This document shows positions 9,171 through 18,295 of a stretch of DNA of 64,000 nucleotides, one piece after another. The position numbers were made by a program, and so were the translations under genes. The DNA lies in contig JAFRLN010000034.1 in the NCBI GenBank assembly GCA_017431175.1, positions 14,030 to 78,029 of the forward strand, written 5' to 3'. This DNA is from Mogibacterium sp. (GTDB lineage: Bacteria > Bacillota > Clostridia > Peptostreptococcales > Anaerovoracaceae). The notes under the pieces were generated by a model. That model did no database searches and had not been told where the DNA came from. It worked only from the letters and a program-made list of their open reading frames with translations. Each line of letters starts with the position of its first letter. Within the stretch, counting starts at the first letter, position 1.

Positions 9171-11282
9171 ATGACAGCTTCGTCACGTGTTTCATCATTA
9201 ATCAGAGTGATCAGCCTTGCAGTTATGGCTGCAATGGTTGGTATTTCCGTGTTCATATACCATGTACACATTCCGGAGCTTGCTGTTTTCGCTTTCTTCG
9301 CGGTCTGCTACATCCAGCTTCCGGGGCTGCTGATCTCGAGGCTTCTGAAGATCCGGACCAGGCACATCTCTGAAGATCTGCTTCTTTCATTCTTTGCCGG
9401 GTGGGCTTTGATGGTTGCCCTGTATTTCCTCTGCGATCTCATCGGAAACAGACTGCTCCTGTTCATCTCAGGCCCGGTCTGTTCCGCTGCATATATCTGG
9501 CTTCTGTATAAAAAGCGCGCAGGCGCCGCTGTTCTCGGGAAACTTTCACTCAGGCGCATCCCGGCCGCGATGTACGCCGCCGTCGCGATCCTGATGACTT
9601 ATGTTTTCCTGAACTCCCAGTTCCTCTATCTGTCGCCGGAACTCTGTGATGAGGTCTTCGCCGGCATCGACAAAGTATACCAGATGGGACTGTCTATGTC
9701 ACTGACTCACGGGTATCCTCTCCAGAGCCCGTGGGTACACGGAGTCATCGAATACTATCATCTGTACACGCAGATTCTTCTTGCGATCCCTGTGATGCTC
9801 TTCGGGCTCACTCCTGACTTCCTTGTCATGTCATGCAGCCCGTATATGACGACTTATCTTGTAGGCCTTTCCTTCTATGCGACGTTCCGGCATTTCTGTT
9901 CCGGCGGCAAGAGGGCCGGCCTCTATACATTGTCTGTCATACTTTCCAACATGTTCATATCCAAGACGCACACCACGTCCTATATGTTCACGATACTGTT
10001 CGCCAACGCCAACCACGGCGGATTCGGCATCGCCGGCCTGATGGCCTGCGCGATCATGCTGGACATCTGCCTGCGTGACGAGTCCGGTGATAAACGCCGG
10101 GCTGCCCGCAGCACAGTCATGCTCACGGTTCTGGTCATGGTGCTTACAGGTATCAAGGCTCCCGTCGGGCTTGTCTTCGCAGGCGGCATCACGGGAACGT
10201 TCCTGCTGGGTCTTCTGCTCAGGGCTCCTGTGCTTAAGAAAGCCGCGCTTCCGACAGCCGCATCTGACCTGGGATTCCTCGCGACATACATGTTCCTTTT
10301 CAGCGGCGACCCGACTTCAGGCACGACGAATGACTCGCTGTTCTATTTCGGCGGAATGACCAACATCACCTGGTGGAAGGAAGACCTTATCATCGCTCTC
10401 CGTTCTGTCGGTGTTCCGGGACCAGTCCGCCTCCTGTGCATACTTGCCGTTTTCGCCATATTCTTCTTCACGATATATCTGCTGCCTTTCACTATCGGAT
10501 ACATCAGGGAGTTCATCCTTGTCGTCACGAAGAAGCATGAATTTGATTTTGCCCGTATCACCGTATACGCGGCAGCGCTCGTCGGTTTTGTGCTCATGAT
10601 GTTCCTCAGTTACGACGGGCACAGCCAGGTGTACTTCGGAACCGCTACGACGGCATTTGTGCCGCTCATTTCGTTCTGGTTCTTCGAAGACCGGGAGGAA
10701 ATAACGTCCGGGGCTGTTAAAGTCCTGTTCAGGGTTTGCTGTGTATGGTTTTTTGCTCTGATCTTCCTGACCTCCGCGACTCTGTTCATCGACATGCACG
10801 GCCTGATCCCTGCAGCCAGGTATCACACTCACCCGGAGGCTCCTTATAACCCGGGCACCAGCCTGACAAGAGATGAGTATGAAGCGACAAAATGGCTCAA
10901 AGAGAACACCCCGGAGGATGCTCTGATCGCGACACAGATGTATCTGTCCGTAGGCGTCAGCGATTTTGACTACACTGACCGCTGGGATTGCTGTCATTTC
11001 GTATACGCCGCGTATTCAGACAGGATGTTCTATCTGGAAGGTTCCGGCTTCACGCTTGAGACTTACGAGACAGACCTCCGCCTCAAAATGATAGAGACCA
11101 ACAATAAGCTCTACGATGTGAACAACGCGGAGCGCGGCGATCTTGCCCGGTCTCTCGGCATAGACTATGTAATGGTAACCAAAAAAATATTCCCGGAGAC
11201 CCCTGACCTGTCCTCGGATGATTATGAACCTGTATTCACCAACAACGATATCGTGATCTATAAAGTAAGCCAGGCTGACTGA
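9171..11282 (+). CDS. Large polytopic membrane protein with C-terminal extracytoplasmic domain; GT-C-fold (ArnT/PMT/YfhO-like) glycosyltransferase candidate
   Basis: 703-aa ORF with GGAGAA RBS. About 13 TM segments, then a soluble ~170-aa tail ending ...LARSLGIDYVMVTKKIF...PVFTNNDIVIYKV, a tail style common in ArnT/GT39-like proteins. Confidence 0.55.
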   Translation: MTASSRVSSLIRVISLAVMAAMVGISVFIYHVHIPELAVFAFFAVCYIQLPGLLISRLLKIRTRHISEDLLLSFFAGWALMVALYFLCDLIGNRLLLFISGPVCSAAYIWLLYKKRAGAAVLGKLSLRRIPAAMYAAVAILMTYVFLNSQFLYLSPELCDEVFAGIDKVYQMGLSMSLTHGYPLQSPWVHGVIEYYHLYTQILLAIPVMLFGLTPDFLVMSCSPYMTTYLVGLSFYATFRHFCSGGKRAGLYTLSVILSNMFISKTHTTSYMFTILFANANHGGFGIAGLMACAIMLDICLRDESGDKRRAARSTVMLTVLVMVLTGIKAPVGLVFAGGITGTFLLGLLLRAPVLKKAALPTAASDLGFLATYMFLFSGDPTSGTTNDSLFYFGGMTNITWWKEDLIIALRSVGVPGPVRLLCILAVFAIFFFTIYLLPFTIGYIREFILVVTKKHEFDFARITVYAAALVGFVLMMFLSYDGHSQVYFGTATTAFVPLISFWFFEDREEITSGAVKVLFRVCCVWFFALIFLTSATLFIDMHGLIPAARYHTHPEAPYNPGTSLTRDEYEATKWLKENTPEDALIATQMYLSVGVSDFDYTDRWDCCHFVYAAYSDRMFYLEGSGFTLETYETDLRLKMIETNNKLYDVNNAERGDLARSLGIDYVMVTKKIFPETPDLSSDDYEPVFTNNDIVIYKVSQAD

Positions 11283-11301
11283 TGTCGCCCGGCTTTTTTC
11301 C
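11267..11301 (+). terminator. Rho-independent terminator
   Basis: AAGCCAGGC / GCCCGGCTT stem (one mismatch) spanning the stop codon, followed by TTTTTT. Confidence 0.6.
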
Positions 11302-11335
11302 TTCGTTTGTTTATTTCTTTATTGTTTCCTGATCA

Positions 11336-13027
11336 CTATTGCTTCCTGATCACTACCCGGTAGATCCCCTGATCGGCTAACTCATCGACTTTGATGAATT
11401 CCGCTTTCTCTCCTTCCTTGCAGTACCATTTATCGTAATACTCCGTAAGTCCTTTCACTTTGAAATCTCCGAAGTAATATACGTCCGGATTATTGATGAG
11501 ATCCCTGACCGGGTTCTCGATCCCGTATGCTCTGAGCTGCTCCAGTTTATATGGCGTCATCGTGTCCCAGCCTCCTGTGTCGGTCAGATTGGCCGCGACC
11601 ACAGGCGCTTTGAGCGGCGTCATATAGGACTGCGTCTGGCTGTTGAGCACCGTCGGCATTACATAGAAGCTGTCCGGATGAGCCTGCAGATATTCTGTGA
11701 CTTCAGGCGCTTCTATGAGGCTGCTGTTGTAATTGACTCTGCTCTGAAGATAATCGAGCTGCCCCGGTATGCTCAGCGCGACAGCGAGGATCGTCACCGC
11801 GAGAACGATACTGCCTGCCGCCTTCTTTTCTGATCTGCCGCTTACCGCCGCGATATACAGGAGCCAGAAGGTTATATTGACATCGGCTATATAGATCGCT
11901 CTGTACTGGACTCTCTTCATGTAATAGACAGCAGTATACAGAACGACCGTCAGAATGCCGAGCGCCAGTATGTACATCCAGATCTTCGGTTTTCTCTCCG
12001 CAAGCAGGTACAGAACGATGAGCAGCACGAAGATGATATGCAGTCCGTTCTTGTCCATCGCGAGCACTGATTCAAGAGACCGTTTTACCGCTCTCTTGAC
12101 CGCTTTCACAACTGACTTGTCAGCTTCAGCGTAAGGACCGTTGATACTGTTGATCACTTTGAGGTTATCATACGAAGCGGCTCCGTCATAATCGAAGAAC
12201 CATCTGTCGATCAGCTCAAGGTCATTCTGGTCCAGACCCACGGCTTCATATTCTCCGATATTATCCTCGATATAGTCCAGCATCGGATAGTCTGTTACTT
12301 TGACTCTCTCCGCCTGATACTGTCTTCCGGCTTTGAGCTCAGGCGTACCCGCGTTGGCAGCGTCTGAAGCCTTGTCGAGCCCGTACGGAACGAGCATAGC
12401 GATCACAATGATCAGCACCAGCCCGATCTCCGGCAGCGGCTTTCTGCCCCCGAAGAACTCCTTTCCGTTGGTGAGCCACCACAGCAGCATGAACAGGGCG
12501 ACAAACGCTATAGACGGGAACATGCCCTTCTGCCTGTATGCCACTCCGATAAAATACAGCGCGAACGCAAGGATAAAGCATGCTGCGCGCCGTTCATGCA
12601 GGTAGGTATCCGCGATCCATATGAGGCCTGCAGTCATCAGCAGAGCGGATGTCTTGGTGAACTGCATGCAGCCATAATGATCCATGGAGTAGAACAGCAC
12701 CAGCAGCAGAGACAGGACAGACAGCAGGACTGACTCCTGTCTGTCCAGAATGACTTTGATCAAGACGGTGAAAGCGATAAAAGACATGACCAGCTGAGAG
12801 ATCATGAATATGTTGGCTGCAGGGAAGATCTTCTGTATCAGCATAAGGATCCTGCAGAGATACACACTGACGAAACCGACAAAAGGATAACCGGACGCAA
12901 TCTCCGCCGCTATCGCAAAGTCATCGTTAGTCTCATACGTTACCTCGGACAACATAAAAACGGCTGCCATTATCGCTGTATTAGCAGCCAGTGAGATGAT
13001 CCAGTTCCTGAGGCTTTTATTCTTCAT
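11336..13027 (-). CDS. Large polytopic membrane protein with C-terminal soluble domain; GT-C-fold glycosyltransferase candidate
   Basis: The track ORF runs 11336..13093 from a GTG. I prefer the ATG at 13025-13027 (MKNKSLRNWIISLAAN...). Many TM segments, with soluble segments in the middle and at the C-terminus. The start choice is uncertain. Confidence 0.5.
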   Translation of the reverse strand: MKNKSLRNWIISLAANTAIMAAVFMLSEVTYETNDDFAIAAEIASGYPFVGFVSVYLCRILMLIQKIFPAANIFMISQLVMSFIAFTVLIKVILDRQESVLLSVLSLLLVLFYSMDHYGCMQFTKTSALLMTAGLIWIADTYLHERRAACFILAFALYFIGVAYRQKGMFPSIAFVALFMLLWWLTNGKEFFGGRKPLPEIGLVLIIVIAMLVPYGLDKASDAANAGTPELKAGRQYQAERVKVTDYPMLDYIEDNIGEYEAVGLDQNDLELIDRWFFDYDGAASYDNLKVINSINGPYAEADKSVVKAVKRAVKRSLESVLAMDKNGLHIIFVLLIVLYLLAERKPKIWMYILALGILTVVLYTAVYYMKRVQYRAIYIADVNITFWLLYIAAVSGRSEKKAAGSIVLAVTILAVALSIPGQLDYLQSRVNYNSSLIEAPEVTEYLQAHPDSFYVMPTVLNSQTQSYMTPLKAPVVAANLTDTGGWDTMTPYKLEQLRAYGIENPVRDLINNPDVYYFGDFKVKGLTEYYDKWYCKEGEKAEFIKVDELADQGIYRVVIRKQ

Positions 13028-13261
13028 CGATCTGATAACCTTTCTGAGGTCGGTTGGGGATGGATACGCCCGCTGCTCAGGCGCAGTCTGCACTGTGCCG
13101 CAGCACTGAGCTTGCTGCCCGCGAACGCGAATTTTACAAATTTCAGTAAATATATTATACTATTACAGTCCTTATGGAACAAATATGAAAATGCGCAGGT
13201 ACCGCCGGCTACGATGGCAGTATACAGCATAATATACACAATCAGAACGGAGGGTATTCAC

Positions 13262-13825
13262 ATGAAGAGAAAATACATTTCATTTATGATGATCATCGCC
13301 ATGCTGGCGTTCCTCGCCTCATCATGCTCCATATTCGCAGACAAGGAGGAAGAGGTACCGGCCAGTGATAATGATTCTTCTGTAATCATCTCTCAGGAGA
13401 GCAATGAGGTAAACGATCTCGATACTGATATGGGGCTGATCGATTCGGATCCGGACCAGCCTGATCTGACAGAAAGAGAGTCTAACGGCATCTCCTTCGA
13501 TCTCGAGAGAGAAGACGCTGAGATCAAGAGAGTCAAGACCGATCCTGCAAAATTCGCAGGCAGATGGACCGCTACTTCTGACCAGGCCATCTACCTCTAT
13601 GGCAATATTGACCTCATCGTCAACAGCAACGGTTCATGGGCTGCGGATATTACAGAAGAGAAACTCGGCGGATCCTGGAAAGAAGTCGATGACCACATCC
13701 ATCTGGATGATACAAGCGAGCTCAACTTCGACTTTGACCTTGCTTTCGACCAGTCAGGAGCTCTCGTAATGACAGAGACTAATCCGGAAGGCGTGATCAA
13801 CACCGTTCTTACCAAGATGAACTAG
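13262..13825 (+). CDS. Small secreted lipoprotein, unknown function
   Basis: The track ORF starts at 13112. The internal ATG at 13262 has GGAGGG upstream and gives MKRKYISFMMIIAMLAFLASSCSIF..., a signal peptide plus lipobox-like LASSC, followed by an acidic linker. Confidence 0.65.
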   Translation: MKRKYISFMMIIAMLAFLASSCSIFADKEEEVPASDNDSSVIISQESNEVNDLDTDMGLIDSDPDQPDLTERESNGISFDLEREDAEIKRVKTDPAKFAGRWTATSDQAIYLYGNIDLIVNSNGSWAADITEEKLGGSWKEVDDHIHLDDTSELNFDFDLAFDQSGALVMTETNPEGVINTVLTKMN

Positions 13826-13842
13826 TCCGTATCCGGACTTCA

Positions 13843-15126
13843 TCAGGCGGCATCTTCAGCGAGATGCTGCCTTTTTTTGTGGATGAACCAGAATGTAATG
13901 AACGCGAAGATAAGAGCGAGAAGACCCATCAGTATAGTATACAGCACAGCCGCGCCTCTCAGGCCGTAGCCGCGGACCGCTTTTTCCGCAAGCAGCAGAG
14001 CCATGACCGCGATCACGACATATCCCGCGATCAGATGCTTCTGGTATCTCATGACCGTTACCACGACTGAGAAGAAATTGACCAGCGCGAGCATTCCTCC
14101 GCCGACCATCAGAATGGTCAGGTCTGTTCTGAACGGCGAGATATCCGCGTTGAACAGGATGCCCAGCACAGGGCAGCCGATCGTCAGCGCTACCGCAATA
14201 GCCAGGAGCGTGATGGCTCCTATGACCAGCAGCTGGCGCAGCACGATCTTAATGAATGGTCTGATCTTGCCTTCATCCCATCTGTGTGCGAGTTTTACCA
14301 GAATAGGGTTGAAGATGAAGTTCGCGAAGAGTCCTACCGCGAACACCGGCATGAAGATATAGTTGTAATTCGCCTGATCCAGATCCGTCATCGTTGCGTC
14401 TATCGCGTATTTCGGAGCATTGCCTATGTAGTTCATCATGAAATATCCGATGAACAGCGGGAAGCAGTCCATGAATATCCGCAGGACTTTGTCCCATCTG
14501 AACCTGAGCTCAAGCGTGCCGAAATCCTTATATACCAGAATGCTGGATGTCAGCATAGCCAGAACAGTCAGAACGAACCACACCGTGATCGAAATTGTAA
14601 GATCGTGTGTTATGACCAGTGAGACGCAGCCGCCCGCAAGGCCGACCATCGTCCTGTAGAAATTCGTTTTGGCCGATACATCCAGTCTTCCGACCTGCTG
14701 GAATCTTCCGAAATACACTTCAGAGTAAGCTTCGACCACTTTGATCAGGCAGACCATGAGAACGATATACGCCTTACTGAAGGAATATCCGGAGAAATAC
14801 CCTTTCGCGACATATCCCAGGCTGACGATCAGCATGACCGCGCAGGCCGCGATCCTGTGGGAATGATAGTCTGTGAACGACATCTCTTCATTGACATCGC
14901 TGACCTGATACTTCCTGACGCCGTACTCGCCTATGTAGTACATGAGGCTGCCGACAGCGTACGCGATAGAGAAGACGCCCGCATCCTCCTGACCGCTCGT
15001 ATGGGTAATGACGATCAGAGCGATCATCGACTGCACGGCAAAGAAAGTGGCGGACAGCGTATTCCAGATGTAGCTGTCCCTCATGACGTTGTCAGATTCA
15101 GTAAACAGTTTCTTTAATGCGTTCAT
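13843..15126 (-). CDS. Oligosaccharide/polysaccharide flippase (Wzx-like, MOP superfamily)
   Basis: 427-aa ORF with about 12 TM segments. N-terminal pattern ...NTLSATFFAVQSMIALIVITHTSGQEDAGVFSIAYAVGSLMYYIGEYGVRKYQVSD resembles Polysacc_synt family proteins. Confidence 0.55.
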   Translation of the reverse strand: MNALKKLFTESDNVMRDSYIWNTLSATFFAVQSMIALIVITHTSGQEDAGVFSIAYAVGSLMYYIGEYGVRKYQVSDVNEEMSFTDYHSHRIAACAVMLIVSLGYVAKGYFSGYSFSKAYIVLMVCLIKVVEAYSEVYFGRFQQVGRLDVSAKTNFYRTMVGLAGGCVSLVITHDLTISITVWFVLTVLAMLTSSILVYKDFGTLELRFRWDKVLRIFMDCFPLFIGYFMMNYIGNAPKYAIDATMTDLDQANYNYIFMPVFAVGLFANFIFNPILVKLAHRWDEGKIRPFIKIVLRQLLVIGAITLLAIAVALTIGCPVLGILFNADISPFRTDLTILMVGGGMLALVNFFSVVVTVMRYQKHLIAGYVVIAVMALLLAEKAVRGYGLRGAAVLYTILMGLLALIFAFITFWFIHKKRQHLAEDAA

Positions 15127-15147
15127 CCTGCTGCAATAACCGTTCTA

Positions 15148-15180
15148 CAAGAAAGAAGCGTCTCAGATAATGAGACGCCT
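15148..15180 (-). terminator. Rho-independent terminator after the L,D-transpeptidase gene
   Basis: Minus-strand GCGTCTCA-TTATC-TGAGACGC hairpin (15158-15178) followed by TTCTTTCTT. Confidence 0.6.
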
Positions 15181-15204
15181 CCGTGTTCTCTGTATGATAT
15201 GACC

Positions 15205-16203
15205 TTAGAAAATATATACCGCGGTTCCGATCGGGCAGTTCCTGTAGATATACAGAGCATGATCGTCTGTATTTCTTACGCAGCCGTTCGACTTAGGCCA
15301 GTCGAGGTTGCCGTAGGATGACAGTCTGCCGTGGATCGAGAATACCTGACAGATATTCCAGTACATCGGAGTACCGTAGTATTCCTTGTCATAGATCCTT
15401 GTCTTTCCGGTATCTGTAGGTGTGCTTGCCTTACCTGATGAGCACTGCCATGGTCCGCAGATCATTCTCCAGTGTCCCTGATATCCCTTGAATATGCAGA
15501 GTCTCTCAGTATACTGATTGACCCAGATCAGATAGTCTGTGCTGCTGCTGATACCGATCGTGTTTACAAAGTCCTCGCACTCTCTCTTCCAGTACGTCTT
15601 ATCAGTATTGATATCATCAATATATGCATTATAAGTGCTGAGTCTGGATACATAGTAAGTCAGCTTGCCTACAGGGAAGATATAACGTCCCTGATTGAAT
15701 CCTCTGGCCTTATATGAGTCGCCCGCATAGAACCTCTTCGTGGTGCTTGTGCCTTCATGGCTGGTCAGAGTCCTGTTCTCAGCGAATGTGAACCTGATCG
15801 TCATGAGCCTGATCGGCGCAGCCTTGATGGTGCAAGGATGCGGCGACATTGCCACTACCTGATTCTTCTTCCCGTTTACTGTACCGAGTCTGACAGCATA
15901 TACCACGTAAGTGATGTCTCTGTCGAGGAGTCTGGAATCGCTGATAACGTGAGTGTACTTAAGTGTGTTGCGCCCTTTCAGTACAACGTTTCCTCTTACA
16001 CCGTTAGCTGCCCAGTATACTCTGTATCCGTCTGCGTTGGATACCTGTTTCCACTCCAGACGGACTCTGTTATAGCTGGAATATCCTCTAGCCCAGGTAA
16101 CACTCCATACCGTAGGTGATGAAGCAGCGGATACGCTGAGCGGTGCAGCAAATGTGAGGATCATTGCGCTGATCATGAGCACTGCTATGAATTTCTTGCG
16201 CAT
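15205..16203 (-). CDS. Secreted L,D-transpeptidase (YkuD domain) with N-terminal FN3-like domain
   Basis: The track ORF reaches 16275. The ATG at 16203 has AAGGAG upstream and gives the signal peptide MRKKFIAVLMISAMILTFAAPLSVSAASS. FN3-like RLEWKQVSNADGYRVYW. YkuD catalytic region SIHGRLSSYGNLDWPKSNGCVRN. Confidence 0.8.
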   Translation of the reverse strand: MRKKFIAVLMISAMILTFAAPLSVSAASSPTVWSVTWARGYSSYNRVRLEWKQVSNADGYRVYWAANGVRGNVVLKGRNTLKYTHVISDSRLLDRDITYVVYAVRLGTVNGKKNQVVAMSPHPCTIKAAPIRLMTIRFTFAENRTLTSHEGTSTTKRFYAGDSYKARGFNQGRYIFPVGKLTYYVSRLSTYNAYIDDINTDKTYWKRECEDFVNTIGISSSTDYLIWVNQYTERLCIFKGYQGHWRMICGPWQCSSGKASTPTDTGKTRIYDKEYYGTPMYWNICQVFSIHGRLSSYGNLDWPKSNGCVRNTDDHALYIYRNCPIGTAVYIF

Positions 16204-16300
16204 AATAAAATCTCCTTTTTCTTTTTTCATACCTATCCGATATGAATTATAACAGCTACTGTCCGCAAGAGTCAATCGGTATATCGGCTATAAGTCATCA

Positions 16301-16330
16301 AAAATAAAAAGGCTCATGAGAGCCTTTTTG
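16301..16330 (-). terminator. Bidirectional rho-independent terminator
   Basis: AAAAAGGCTC-ATGA-GAGCCTTTTT, a hairpin flanked by A- and T-runs, downstream of the ATP-grasp gene. Confidence 0.75.
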
Positions 16331-16412
16331 CGCATGCCTTGCAAGCATAATTTTTCTCTATATTTAATTCCGGACGCTGCTCTCGATGCGCTCACGTCAG
16401 TGGCTGCGCGTG

Positions 16413-17525
16413 TTAATCCACGTGCCTGATGACATAGCATCCTGCCCTGGTGGAGCTGTTCGTCGCGCTGTTCAGGAGGTCCAGATCCAGGTCTACGACG
16501 CGGATGATCCTCTCCGGTTCATGTTCCTGCATATAGTGGAATTTGTCAAGGTCTTCCTGATCGAGGATAAAGACGCTTTCTACAGGGAAAGGTTCCACGA
16601 TCGGTGTGAAATCCGGGGCCTCGCCGCACGCGATCTGTATGACCATACCGACATAGTCATATCCCGTCGAGTACTTGACCAGATCAGTCCCGATGCAGTC
16701 GCCGGACATTCTCTGTCCGACTTCAATGAGCCTGATATTGCCCTCGTCATCTATCTTGATCTCTGCGTTTCCTGCTCCGTACTTGATCTCAAGGCTGTCG
16801 AAAGCATGATCGACGACCTGTCTGATCTTCTCTTTTACCTCGTCGCTGACAGGCGCCGGCTGATAATGTCCGGTCTCGATGAACCGCGGCGCGCCGGTCG
16901 TGTATTTGAAAGTGACTGCCAGGAGCGTATGCTTACCTTCATAGGATATATACTCTACGCTGTATTCCTGACCTTCCACGAACTCTTCGACAACAGCTTT
17001 CTGCTCGAAGCTCTGTTCGAACGCCTCGCTCAGAGCCTCCGGCAGTTCTTCCGGGGATTCGATCTTGTGAACACCTCTGCTTCCGCTGCGGTCTGTCGGC
17101 TTCACTATGGCAGGGTAAGGAATGTCTATCTGCGACATGTCTGTCTCCGGTGTCACAAGAATGCTTTTCGGGGACGGGTCACCATGCTCTTCGAAGGCCT
17201 TTCTCATAAGATGCTTATTGGTGCTCTTGTAAGTGCTCTCCATGGAGTTGGCAGTAAGCCCCATCTTGTTGGCAACATAGTTGCATGTGATGAGCGCGAC
17301 TTCCGAAGCGATACTGCAGATACCGTCGATCCCTATCTCTCTGCACTTTTCCAGAATAGCGTCTCCGTCTCTCGTGCTGATCGGATAGAAATGGTCAGCG
17401 GCGGTCTCTCCGACGTCTCCGCATTCCCACGCGAAAACATGAGTGACGTATCCGAGCTCTTTCGCCCTCTCTATCAGCGGGAGCTGATGATAGCTCGCTC
17501 CCAGAATAGCAACGTTCTTTTTCAT
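16413..17525 (-). CDS. ATP-grasp family ligase (cassette A)
   Basis: 370-aa ORF. Rossmann-like start MKKNVAILGASYHQLPLIERAKELG. ATP-grasp core YPAIVKPTDRSGSRGVHKI, VVEEFVEGQEYSVE, AGNAEIKIDDEGNIRLIEVGQRMSG. Confidence 0.8.
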   Translation of the reverse strand: MKKNVAILGASYHQLPLIERAKELGYVTHVFAWECGDVGETAADHFYPISTRDGDAILEKCREIGIDGICSIASEVALITCNYVANKMGLTANSMESTYKSTNKHLMRKAFEEHGDPSPKSILVTPETDMSQIDIPYPAIVKPTDRSGSRGVHKIESPEELPEALSEAFEQSFEQKAVVEEFVEGQEYSVEYISYEGKHTLLAVTFKYTTGAPRFIETGHYQPAPVSDEVKEKIRQVVDHAFDSLEIKYGAGNAEIKIDDEGNIRLIEVGQRMSGDCIGTDLVKYSTGYDYVGMVIQIACGEAPDFTPIVEPFPVESVFILDQEDLDKFHYMQEHEPERIIRVVDLDLDLLNSATNSSTRAGCYVIRHVD

Positions 17526-17548
17526 TAGTGAACCTCCGCTAGGCAGTT

Positions 17549-17884
17549 TTACAATGTATAGACCAGTATGCCGGTGATGATGATCAGATTGCCGACAAGC
17601 TGAAGTCCTGTGAATTTTTCTTTGAGCAGAAGATATGAGAATATCATGACGTTAACGTAGCTGAACGCGTCGATGATGGACGCGTATTTGATCTCGACCT
17701 CTGTGTAGGCGTAGGTGTTGACCATCAGCACCGTAAAGGCGATACCGTACGCGAGTATGACTCTCCAGTTGAGATACTCGTATATCCAGCTCTTGTGTTC
17801 TATCTGCGCGCTCTTCTTCATCAGTACCTGAGAGATCGCCGTAAAGAAGGTAGTCGCGAACAATATCAGCATATATGGATGCAT
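17549..17884 (-). CDS. Small 4-TM DMT/EamA-type protein, ArnE/ArnF-like flippase subunit (cassette A, subunit 2)
   Basis: 111 aa with 4 hydrophobic segments. 67/111 identical (gapless hand alignment) to the 36495..36830 product. Confidence 0.65.
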   Translation of the reverse strand: MHPYMLILFATTFFTAISQVLMKKSAQIEHKSWIYEYLNWRVILAYGIAFTVLMVNTYAYTEVEIKYASIIDAFSYVNVMIFSYLLLKEKFTGLQLVGNLIIITGILVYTL

Positions 17885-17888
17885 TGTC

Positions 17889-18269
17889 TTACTCCTTGCT
17901 TTGTTTCTCTCCGAGAGAGACGACGATTACTCCGAACATTACGATCAGCATTCCCAGTATGTTCCTCGGCGTCAGGCTTTCGGAAAAAATGAAGACAGCC
18001 CACAGCTGGCTCCACACCAGGTACATGCTCCTGTTGGCATAAGCTACATGCAGGTCAAAATGCTTGATGATCTTCTGCCAGCAGAACGCGTAGAAGACAC
18101 ACACGAAAAGCATCAGGATTATGAATATGTATATCCTGATACTGCGTAATCCGTATTCATTATATGATATAGCCGCAAATTTGCCCAGTACTTCCGTCAT
18201 CGAGAATACCAGGATGCACAGATGCAGTGCTATAAAATATTTGATTCTTCCCATGCGATATGATGTCAT
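17889..18269 (-). CDS. Small 4-TM DMT/EamA-type protein, ArnE/ArnF-like flippase subunit (cassette A, subunit 1)
   Basis: 126 aa with 4 hydrophobic segments. Paralogous to 36827..37201 (shared ...YAF.WQK.IK..DLHV.YANRS.YL.W.QLWAV..F.E.LT..N..G...V..GV..VSL). Confidence 0.65.
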   Translation of the reverse strand: MTSYRMGRIKYFIALHLCILVFSMTEVLGKFAAISYNEYGLRSIRIYIFIILMLFVCVFYAFCWQKIIKHFDLHVAYANRSMYLVWSQLWAVFIFSESLTPRNILGMLIVMFGVIVVSLGEKQSKE

Positions 18270-18295
18270 TCTGCAGGGTCCCTGCCGGGTCCCGC

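Noticed and set aside
15127-15147. An independent promoter for the Wzx-like gene
   Set aside because: Only 21 nt separate the upstream terminator hairpin from the ATG, and no -35/-10 pair fits. Expression may depend on read-through or on a promoter inside the upstream gene, which cannot be resolved from sequence.
16386-17528. 380-aa plus-strand ORF exactly mirroring the ATP-grasp gene
   Set aside because: The opposite-strand product has unmistakable ATP-grasp motifs, an RBS and operon context. The plus-strand translation has no recognisable features, and no promoter or RBS.
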